A DNA stretch of 64,000 nucleotides from Tubulanus polymorphus (lineage: Eukaryota > Animalia > Nemertea), in assembly GCF_964204645.1 (NCBI RefSeq), contig NC_134034.1, forward strand, positions 11,792,962 through 11,856,961, in the 5' to 3' direction. The translations under genes were made by a program, and so were the position numbers. Positions within the stretch are counted from its first letter, which is position 1, and each line of letters starts with the position of its first letter. Below are positions 49,201 to 61,200 of the stretch, in pieces. The notes beneath the pieces were generated by a model. It was not told the DNA's origin. It did no database searches and saw nothing but the letters and a program-made list of their open reading frames with translations.

Positions 49201-52200
49201 GTCTAGAATAAAAACAAACCCCACACAATTAGAGGGTGTTATAGCTCACAGTCAAATTAAATTCAACAACAACCTGTAGGAGACTCATAGCTTACCGTGC
49301 AAGCTTGGAACGGTGGAGTTTTGAGTACACCACACACTGTTGACGCCCAGTGTTTTCGGTGCGGATTTAAATCACACGGCTTCGGTTCGGGGTTCCTCTC
49401 CTTCGGGCAATTCTGCGCCTTCCACGAATTACCGAACGCCCGAGCTGTATTTTCCAGACCGCCCGACGGAGTCGTAAAATCATCGGTCTGATCCTGATTG
49501 AAGGTTCCACAAAGCCCGCAAACTTTGTTTACATATTTGGGCCCTAGCCACACCGTCACGGACATAGCGTGATCCCATTCAATGTAAATACCTACAAAAA
49601 GAATTTGATATTCTAGACACCGTGCGGAACCCAGTTGTGAATTAAGATCCAACTCATTGAAAATGAACGTATTGGAACTTCAAGATCGAAGAGTTAACTT
49701 TGACTCACAACTGTGAAACTGGATTCACAACTGTGAAACTGGATTCTGATCTAGTCAATAGTTAGGAATCTTGAATAGTTGTAGCTTCAGACCAGTCCCC
49801 CCTCACCCCTCCGCCAGTACTAGCTGGGGATCCTCAAAGCCTAAAAACCCGTTACCGTGAATCCACAACGGTAATACCCATCGCCCAACGCAAGGAAACA
49901 TAGAAACAGGAGACAGAAACATGTTTCCGAGCGTTTCCATGCGTCGTGTGCGTTGGGCTTTATGGGCTCGGGGGATTTCCTTTCATTGAGGACAAATTGA
50001 ATATCATTTCATTCTGAAAAAAAAAGATAAATCTACGAGAAAGAATATAAAAACGTTACGTGCCATCGGAGAGCGTTATGCCCATTCTGAGTCCCGAGGG
50101 ATCGCTGATCTGGAATGATCTATCTTCCAGCGAAAATTGGAGATCATCGTAGATAATCGGGTCGGCGCCTCGCACCAGTGTGATCACGTGTTTGTAGTAA
50201 TGAATACGGATGCCCTTCGTACAGGACATTCCCGTTTCACCGCAAGCGATGTTCGACACTACGATTTTGAACGTCGACGCGCCACCATTGCAGCCATCTC
50301 TGGTCAGAGTGTAGGAACAGTCGCCCATGAATGAGAAGTATTTTCCGTCATATGTTCGGTAATGCGGGTCACCCCACGCTTTGCAATAACTTGGGCACAC
50401 TTTTTTCGCGCAATCCCAGGTACCAGTTGTGCATTTACTGAAAATATAGATAGATTTCATAGATTATTTCTATTTACTATATATATTCACAATACATTAA
50501 TTACATATACATTTCTCACACCTGACGATGATCTCTAGGGTGAACTCGAAACGTCGTGTATTTCATTTTAGATTTTTTGAATAAATAAATTCTCGATTTT
50601 AAAATTCATCTAATTTGTACTTAGTGGATTTTTAACTTATTATCCGTTATAAAAAATTTCTGGTTTCGATACGAGGAAGAACCCCGGTTTGCCAATCAGG
50701 GGCGTAACAAGGATTTTTAACAGTTTTAGCTACGGATATATGAAGTACATGTATATGCCAGTGTATATATCATTTTGTTATTACTTTTAAACACATTAGA
50801 AACATGAAAAGCTAATATGCGTTATCAATCTGGCCTCTTAAACATGTTCGACGAGAGTGTGAAAAAAATGATGGATTTTGAAAGAAAACAAATGCAACGC
50901 GTATTAATTGTCATACCATTGATTACACGAGTCTGACTTCATCGTTTCGCCTTCATTGTAACTCCTGCCGGCATGGAAACACGGGCATTCCAGTTCTTTG
51001 ATACACGTGCCCGTGCTATCCTTGGCATAGGTATCTCTACACACACAGCCATCGGTAGCACATTCCACATTCCTTCCGATGCCTTGGTGCATTGTTGCGC
51101 AACTTCTATCATCATGTTCATAGCATGTCGACCACTTCATGTTCGCCGGACAGTAATCACCCTCGACGCATTTTTTCTCCGTACACGCCCACACACCGTT
51201 TGTGCATGTACTGAAATAATAAATTTTATTCGTTATACTCGCGATAACGGGTTTTCTGCCAGTGAATTTCATTCATAATAATGTAATATTTCTATCGATG
51301 AAATTTAAGAGGAAATACAAATCAAAATCCTTAATGATAACACTTATCTTCATCTAAATATTGCCTTCTTGGAAAAGTGCCGTTTGAGGTGTTAAAAGTT
51401 CAGGTCCTGGTACACAGAACTGCTGAGGGTATTGGGTTTGAGGTCATGTTACAAGTGACTAAAATTGTCACCATAAAACAGCCGGGGTGTACGGTTTAAC
51501 TCAGTTGGAAGTGACTTAATATTTTCCGACATCAAAGTGCCATGTGACAGGTACTACAAAATTAGCCTCTGGATCTACCCCTCAGTCGCGTATTCAGACA
51601 TTCAATTTCTTCTGTATTTTTTTCTGTTCAACTCACCAAGTGTTGCAACGATCTTTACGGGTTGCTCCGGGACCATGAGGAAAGCCTCTGTATTGGCAAG
51701 TGCATGAGGCGATCGATGTACAGCCTTTTCGTTCTATGTCATATCGTTGACCCTGTGTTTGAAAAAAAATAACATAATTGGAACAGGAAAAATGTATTCA
51801 TTCATGGGAACAATTCGAAATAACTCGAAAAATCTCGAAAAAATTTGTCCGACACGAAAATTTGGATAACTCACATCTGGGCATTGGCAGCCAGCTATGC
51901 ATTCTTTTGAACAATTAGCTGGCTTCACATCACCGCATTGGAAATCGCAATTTGTCCCGCATTCTTTGTAGACCATACCGCTTTTACAAGTAATATCTGA
52001 AAAAAAATTGAATTTTCAAAAGTTACCGGTTGCAAAAAACACAATGATATCTGATTTTCTCGATAGACCAACATATATGATTATATTACGTACGTATCAT
52101 CTTCACGCTCGAGATCGTTAAAGCCTCATATCGTGTTATATATAAACACCCCACAATATGTGTGTGTGATTGTGGGGCGTATATATTCAACTTCTCGTTG

Positions 52201-55200
52201 CGCGAATCGTCATCAATTAGTTAAACTTACCGCATTTCAATTCGGTTCTCCAATCCGAGACAGTTACTTCGTGTGTGGCACAAATACGAGCGAAAGCGCT
52301 GTAGGCGGCACAGTGTGCGCTCTCCGGTTCTGTCGTAGCGGTGCACACGTCTGATTTACACTGCTTGACGAAAGCATCGCGCACGTCTTCGCTCACTTTT
52401 TTGTTACACGCCTTGAAGGCTGCATCGAAAAAAGAAAAAAACAAAGAACGATTTTATTTATAACCATCGTCATCATTATTGTCATCGTTATCATTATTAT
52501 CAAAGGGCCGTTGAAGACATTTCTGTTCAAGTCATCGCGTGTTTCTGGAGAGCAACTTCTATTTTACGAGGTGCTCTACAAATTCATAATCCATAATACT
52601 ATCATCAGGACCAAGTTCAACAGTTCTGTGTTAAGATTTCACGAGGAGTTGCCTCACTAGAAATGAACTAATTCTAACTCAGAGTTAACACTAACTCACA
52701 ACTGTGGAACCGAGTCCAGATTTCGGCAAGGAGCCATTTGACTGTGTGCCTAGACTCTCCTTAATGGATAGGCGTTACATATATTTTGTTGCAGATTCCT
52801 CATTAAAAAAGCGTCAAATATATCGGTAAAATTGGTAGAAACATTTAACCCATAACGTAATTGTAACAGATTTCGTCGTCAATCTTACACTGTGGGGCGT
52901 GTTATATATATTTCTTCAATATTGCGGGGCGCTTTATATTAACTTTTCGAAATGTATTTTCCATTCTTATCGCGGGACTTTGAGCTCGTACTGACCTGCT
53001 ATACTATCGAAATTGGGGCAGTTGGCCGTTGACATCGCATCTCGTTGAAGGTTGAAAGTGCATTTGTCTTGGGGTTGTTCGATGGTACATTTATCCGAAT
53101 TCAAGAATCCTTTTACGAATCGTGTTTTATTCGTAGCTATGTCCGACCCGTAGGTTTTGAAATCATCGTCCGGGCTGAAGACGAAACGAAATCGAACGAA
53201 AAATCGATTAAACAACAAGACGAAACGTCAATGAATAAAAAAAAACGACCTAAGAATTTATCTTTCATGCGGGATACATGAAATAAAATATATCAAATAA
53301 TGATTAAAAAGATAATCCATATTCTTATATAGCGCTCTCCTACAAATTGTAATCAATGCGCTTTACACCGGTATGAAATAAACGTGAGCTACTGTGGTAA
53401 TCGAGGATTCCACTTATGGTAAGCGAGGATCCGCCAGGTGCGTTAGTAGTTTCTTGGTCTATCGCGTTCAATTTCTACTACTTTCCAGTAAAAACTGAAT
53501 GAACTTTTCTCTAGAATAATTCAATCGTTAATGAAAACTATACAAAAAAAACTGAATAGCGAAATGAACGTAATGTGTAATGTGTATTTGGTTCAGTGAT
53601 AATTTAACGGTATCGGGAGCCTGGAAATTCAGCTCAAAGTTCATCAGAAATGAACTAATTTTTGAAAAATCTACGATTACGATTACGATTACGATTTATT
53701 TACACTCCAACCATTTCCATGGTATATGGAGGAAAACTATTACACATGTATATACAAATAACAAAACAACACTGAAGTGATTAAAATTTAGATAATGAAA
53801 ACGTAATAAAATATATATACATCAATTATTTACAATACTATATATACTATTGGAGGGATCTATATACATCTAAGCCGGTCTTAATGAATTTAGCTAAGTT
53901 GACCGTTGGGTTTTTCAGAATATCAAGGGTATTAAAGGTATTCAAATTCAAAAAGTTTTTGCGTTGTTCGTTAAGTAAGGTACAGTCAAACAGAAAATGG
54001 GATCCGTCACCTAAAGTATTACAAGTGGGGCATTGCTCATCACGCCATCTGGTGGTATAACCGGTGTTGTAGCTCCCCATTATGATCCTACTGTATGATT
54101 TTAATCAATATACGGGAGTAAATTAACTCGGTGATTTATACATACTTGTTGTTGTAGGTACCGCAGAGACCGATAGTTTTGTCCTTGAAATTAGAACTGA
54201 TCGCCAATTCCATAAATGCGTCTCCGTCAAACAACATGGAAAAATCGTAATTCGTATTTTCATACTTGATGTACTGCGTTGACACTTCTCGAATGAACAC
54301 GCCATCTTTCTCGTACGGCAAGTTTAAAATCGTCCTTCTGTTCAAAGTTTGCATATGCGCAGTGAATCCACCACTGACCTGGCCTCCGATGCGGCTGATC
54401 CTAAAAAGATAGTTTTGGATTTGAATATATATCGATAATTGAATTGAATTAAACGGCAATCAGTCGAGCTCGATATATTGATGACCTAGTGCACATCCAC
54501 TCGGAAAGTAATTATTAGAATTAATCAAAAATAAAATAAGAGTTATGAAATATATTTGATGACAGAATAAACGCCAAAATTCATAATTGTAATTGTTAGT
54601 TTGAACCGCCAATATTGATGACGTAGTGCACATCGACTCACACAGAACGCCTTACATAACGCATACTAGGTATCAATGTATATAAACATCAATTGTAACG
54701 GTTTGTACGGCGAAAAAAATACCGATTAGTGATGTTAAAAATGGATATATACACTTGCTCGACAAGAATTTTTTTTTCAAAACACTTACTCATAGGTGAC
54801 CAACTTCTCGCCGATACCGGTAGAAATCATCAGTTTCTTTACTTCGCTTTCCAGAGGCTGGACGAGCGAGTTCTCGACAGCAATACTGATCGGAATGCTG
54901 ATTGATTCTTTTCCCGAGGTCGTCTGACTGGGCATCATCAGGTAATAACTACAGCCGGGTCCCTCGAACGAGTAACGTCTTCCGTCGAATGTCGTGAAAT
55001 GCGGCAACGCAATTTGACACCGGGCCATACAGTTTGGCTTTGATTTTCGATCCCATTTACCGAACTGTTTACATGTTCTGTCGGAAGAAGACATTTAAAA
55101 TCAGCAAGCGCTGGTTCAAAGTCATGAGTACAGTACACAGTCATGGGGTCTTAAATCTTAAGACTGGTCTTTAAGTTGTTAGATTGGCTATAGAACCAAA

Positions 55201-58200
55201 ACGAGCTTAGACTGGCCCCAATTAAGTTGTTGGATTGGCTATAGAACCAAAACGAGCTTAGACTGGCCCCAATTAAGTTGTTGGATTTGGATTGGCTATA
55301 GAACCAAAACGAGCTTAGACTGGCCCTTATTAAGTTAGAACCAAAACGAGCTTAGACTAGCCTAAAGTTGTTAGATTAGCTATAGAACCGAAATGAGTTC
55401 AGACTGGTCTTAAGATGTTATAGAACCAAAATGAGCTTGGTCTCAGGTTATTTGATTGGCTATAGGTATAATTTGGTCTTAGGGGGGTCTTAAAGCAAAG
55501 CCATGATTGTGCAACTGGTTCTGCAGCGGGGATCCAGAGGATCTTACGAGACATTCGCAAGATCTTCACTTTTTTGAAAACATAAAGGTACTTCGTCAAA
55601 AAGGGCAAAATCTTGTCGGAAAAAATCCTAAAAACGGCAATTTCTGTAAGACTTGTTATATAATTGCCACGTGATCAACCATGATGACACGTCATGAATG
55701 GATGAATGCTTACATTTGAATACAGCCGGAGGTATATTCGTAACCTTGAGGGTAGAATGTATCGTCGTCATCCGGTCGGCGACATGCGCACTGCTTCTCG
55801 TCGACGCACGTGTCTTTCGACAGTTTTTGATTGTTCGGACAGTAACAGCCGTCTAGACATCCAGACGCGCAGCTCGACGTCGAGCCGCAAACTTGATTGC
55901 ACGATTTTCCACATTCCTTCCATACTTGCCCGCTAGGACAGACGTTGGCGCCGACTTCTGCAATGAAAATCAGACAAAATTATGATCATTGCGCTTTATT
56001 TGCACCTAGTGGTCGAAAAAGCTTTTTGACGCCGTAAAAACCGTTCCAATAATGTTTATACACATTGATACCTAGTACGCGTTATTTAAGGGCGGTTCTT
56101 TGCGAGTCGATGCGCACTACGTCATCAATATTGGCGTTTCGAAATAACAAATTCAATTGTGAATTTTGGCCTTTATCTTGTAATTGAATATATTTCATGA
56201 CTCCTATTGTATTTTTGATCGATGGTAATTGTTCTAATGATATTTTGATTATGAGATTTTAAGATAACTATTATAATATTTTAGTAGCTTTTAGTGATTA
56301 CTTTTGCCAGGATGTGCACTGCGTCATCGATATATCGGGACTAGACTGGTGGCCGGTCATTTCAATTTATCATCTTTTATTATTATCATACTTTATTCGC
56401 GAATCAAATTTACATTAGAAAATTACAGGTGATAATATGGTAATGTAATTTAAGTCGATGGATACCGGGAGCAATTAAAAACAAATCCAAAATAACTCCT
56501 TATCAACCTATATGTTATATGATTTAAATCATAATATTTTTGAGGTCGACAATACGGGTACGAAGCAATATATGTGTTACTCTTTCGAGGCGTCGATAAA
56601 CTTTCAAGTTAGATTTCTTGTTGCCAACTCACCGCAATTCATCGGTGTTCTCCATTGGGAGAATACGACACCTTTGTGTGAACAGACACGACTATATTCC
56701 TGGAACGCTACACATCGCGAACTGAGGTCCTCTTTGCCGTCGACTACATGGGCGCAAATGTCAAACATACATGCCTCGTAGTAACCTGCAGGGTCGACTT
56801 TCGAGTGACAGGCTTGGAATGTAGAATCGTTCAACGGCTTGCATTGCTGTTTGACTGTGTCGTACTGTTTGTAAATAGAAAAAAAATAGGATCGTCCGAA
56901 AAACGTCCGTTTGTGATAGAAATAATGTTGCCAATTAAGGAGAAGTAACACCCGAGCTGCTACTAGGCCAGGTACGCATTTATTCATGGGTGGAGGGAGG
57001 CAATACAGCAAAGTACGGGATTCGAAACCCGCTACGCTCTAACCACTCGGCCACACCGCTCATCTGAAGGCCGTCCTTATAGCCGACAAACGTACATTCT
57101 CGATAAAACGTTCCAACGAACTTCGGGAGACCAGAAAATCTGTTCGTCATAACCGATAGTTCGTTATATCCAGTGTGAAATTAAATTATCAAAATTGTCC
57201 CAATTGCGAGGAAATTCTAGGTTTGTAAGAACCGATAAATCGTTATATCTGTTTCATTGTTACAACGAGGTTCTAGCTCAAGGAAACATTCCCCAGACTC
57301 GTTCTTCGTTTGTATTGTGAGATTTCAACGTATCATCGAGAATATATGCAAATTAGTCAATGCCCGTTGTATAAATTATGCAAATTTCTTACCATTTCTC
57401 GTTTTTGATTTTGCAATGTGACGCACGGATGTATAATGGCGTTCATAGGTCCTCCACTCGAACTTTGAAGCCACGACTGCATGAACTGCGACACGTCGGT
57501 GGTGATTGTTCCAGCCTGGGTGCGGAAATCGTTTCCTTTGTTACCATCGTATAAGCCGCACAGACCGCATAAACTGTTTTTCAAATTTTTCGCGGCGTAA
57601 ACGTAGACTCCGTTCTCTCCGTCGAAGTAGACGTACACATCTATTCAGTTAGATAGAGAAATTAGAGGATATCGTCGTGACCGTTTTTAAAATACCCCGA
57701 TAGTTAGGTTTCAATGAGGCTTACAAGTCGAGGGATGTTTGAGATTAGGGCAGTGATGTATGTTGGACCTAGCCCTCCCTCCTGTCCAGAACAAATTCAC
57801 ATACTTACTTTCTATTCTCAAAGCGACCTTTGTGTAGATGCCGTCGTGCATTATGGAAACACTTTGTGTGATTACTGGTAAATCTACTGGCACATTTTTC
57901 GAAGTGACGACCTTTCCTCCCTGTTCGATCGTGTAGCTGTCTGACCCAGCCATGATCTGCGAACCGAAGTTTTAAAACGAATTATTTCATACTGATTTTC
58001 AGGGGGGGGGGGGATTCACGGGCAGACTTTTGACCCGAGCGCGAAGAAACGAAAAAGATACGTATAGTGTCATGGCAGCAAAAAATTGGGTCTGGAACAT
58101 TTTGACATTGCAGCATATTTTCTGACGCAATTTCCAGATGCTTGAGTGACATTTAAACGAAAATTAGTGTATATGTCCAGCTCAGAGGACTGTCCTTTTA

Positions 58201-61200
58201 TTAGTTATGGGTGGAAAATTGCCGTTGTCTTTCAAAAGGGTACAGGGAAATTGAAGCACGTTCCCGTGAGAGTCGCTGATAGAGTTCAAACGTAAATTTG
58301 AAGAAAGTAACGAGAGCGTTCGAGTTCTGAAATTAACGGATTATACGTACCATCAATGATGGTGTGCAGGCGTAATTGTTTGTCGTACAGCCCGTTGTAT
58401 ATTGCACTGACCAGGTATTCTTGTTGCAATCCTGAACTAACGTGTAACGACCGGTGGCCATTTGATTGTACGCGACTCCGTCAAATGTGATGAAATGTTT
58501 GCCTTCTAATGCGTTACACTCGGCGTGTTCGGGGTGGAGAGCGGTTGCGGACGTTGCTTCAAGATAAAATCAGTTTAATCCTATTAGAAAACGTCATGTT
58601 TTTCATAGAAATAGGGAACCTCCAACGCTACTGTGGCAATTGGGGATTCCGCTTATGGCAAGCGAGGGTTCACCAGGCGGCGCTTGCGATTACTCGGTCT
58701 TTCGCATTCAATTTTAGTAAAAGGAACTTTTCTATAACCAATCGCTGAGTAGAAAATGAATTCTGAGTATATTTTGTTGGGCCTGTGATAATGTTCGGAT
58801 TCGGGAGCCTAAAGATCAGTTCAAACTTGATCGATAATAAACCAATTTTGACTACGTAGATCGAAGACATCGCATCTTGTCATGGGGAGAAAACTGGTTT
58901 ACCGGTCGCTATTGTACTCAGTACAGATGGCCGAATTAGGAACAAAATTATTATCTGTGTTCTTACACACGGCAGTTTATCATAAACTCACCAGATAGCG
59001 CATTAACCTGTCTTGCTATTCTGATATCTGAAATAAAGTAATCGTTAAACATTGATTATATTCACAGCAGTAGAAACAAATCTATCCGTAAATGAAGAAA
59101 ATTGAATTCATCTCAAATTCATAACTGCTATGGGCTCAGGGAACATAGACTTATTCTAACTGCACAGTGAAAATATACAACTGATATCAGATTCAAGTTG
59201 CTCGATTTATTACTTTGTTTGAATCAGTTCAATTTTGATTTTCACTTAGCCCAACTGGGCTAGCTCCATAAACTGGATCCTAGAACAAATTCCACAGTTG
59301 TGAGTTTCATGACGAAAATGAATTAATTTCAACTCGGAGCTAACTCTAACTCTGAACTGTGGAGCTGAATGCTGGAGTATAAAAGTCGGTGAATTTTTCT
59401 ATCATTTTGATTCGCCAGTTTTAAATGTCGGGTCCTACTTACAGGATGGAACGTGTTCTTCGCATTTCCTTCCTTGATATTCCGTATGACAAGTGCAGCG
59501 ATCTGGACCGACGCAGAATCCGCCGTGTTGACATGGTGGGTCGCAAATAGCTACAAAAACAAGTCGATTCGTGATTCCCTTTAACAAAGCCATCAATTTG
59601 TATTCAACTGGATAAATGAATACCTTGTTTTTCGTGTAAACTCATAACTAGAGAACTCATTCCTAAGTTTCTCCATTTGTTCAACTTATATATTATTAAT
59701 TTCTGTTCGAGGCCCTATTTCGGTATCAGACCCATTTTTAAGATCATACCCTCCTCTTAAGCCTTGTAATATAATGATCATTGTAATATAATCATCACTG
59801 GAATGATCATTCTAGACTTACGTTCGCAGTAGTTGGATTCGTTGTAACCTTGTGCGCAGATACAGGACAGGGTAGTCCTATCACAGCCCAGGTATCCCGG
59901 GGAATGCATACAATCAGTACACGGACCTAAAATACAATCACGCATTTAATTACATGAAAAAAAAACACCATTTCAAATTTTTTGAAAGATTATTATTTTG
60001 AATTTTTCGTCTGAATTGTCAGCGTTGTTGGAGAAATTTCAATTAAAAAACGTTGTAACATATTCAAATATGTTTGTATGAAACCGAATTATATTTCGTG
60101 AATCCAGAATGAATGCCTATTCATACGTAGTTGAAAATGAAACATTGAAATTCGTTAGATTTTTATCGTACAAAACCTCTAAAGGTCTACCTCGAGGACT
60201 ATACCCGAAGAATCCAGCGCTGAAAACGTCCTTTTAGCGAGAAATAAACAGCAAATTTTCGGCTGTTGCCATCAGAAATCTTACCGTAGAATGTTTCACA
60301 TTTGTCTCCTTTGTAATCTGGGTGGCATTCGCATTTGCCCGGCGCTAGACACTTGTGGGGGTCGGTACAGTGCGCTCCGCAACTAAACTCGCTACAGTCG
60401 TCTCCGAAATAACCTGGATGGCATTGGCATTTGTTCGGACCGACGCAGTTTCCGTACTTACAGCTCGGACAGGATGCTGCAACACATTGAATACGCGTTA
60501 TATGTTGATTTCTATATCGCTGATTCGATGATGAAATGATTCGAGTTGGCTTTTAAAGTAATTAATTTCTTATTAAATTTTCAGTCTTGTGATTAAGTGT
60601 TAGGATTGATCTTTATCATACAGTCAACCTAGCCTTACTGAGACGTGGCAGACCTTTGACTAAGTCGAACAAAAACATAATCATTTTCTAATTTCCGTAT
60701 TTAGCCAGTCCCAATTTGTCGTAGTTAAGCGAGGTTTACTATTATTCACGGATCACGGTACTATTTCGATTATTCGTTAAGAAGAGGTCGATGAAGTTGC
60801 TATTTTGAGGTTTCGGTTTTTCATTACCTTCTAAACACGCGTTTCCTTTGTAGCCGGTGCCGGAACAGTCGCACGTATCAGGAGCGATGCACTGACCTCC
60901 GTGATGACACGGATGACTGCAAACAGCTGTTCAAACAAACGAAAATCATTTCAGAAATAGAAATAATACTACACGTCAAATTTCATGTCCCTTATAATCA
61001 TAATCACACTCATTATTTTACGCGAATTCTTTTTATGCTTGAATAACTTGAATAACGAATTTTTTTCAAAGAAAATAAGATGGGAGGGCGAAGGTAGAAA
61101 TTAGAAAATTAAAAAAAAAAATCTTATAATAGGCGTTTTGAAATGGAACGGAACATTAAAAAAAGCAAAAATAGAAACTATTTTATCATTCGAGTATTTT

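Noticed and set aside
57005-57060. tRNA gene
   Set aside because: A and B boxes are present but the anticodon arm is missing and a SINE core follows.
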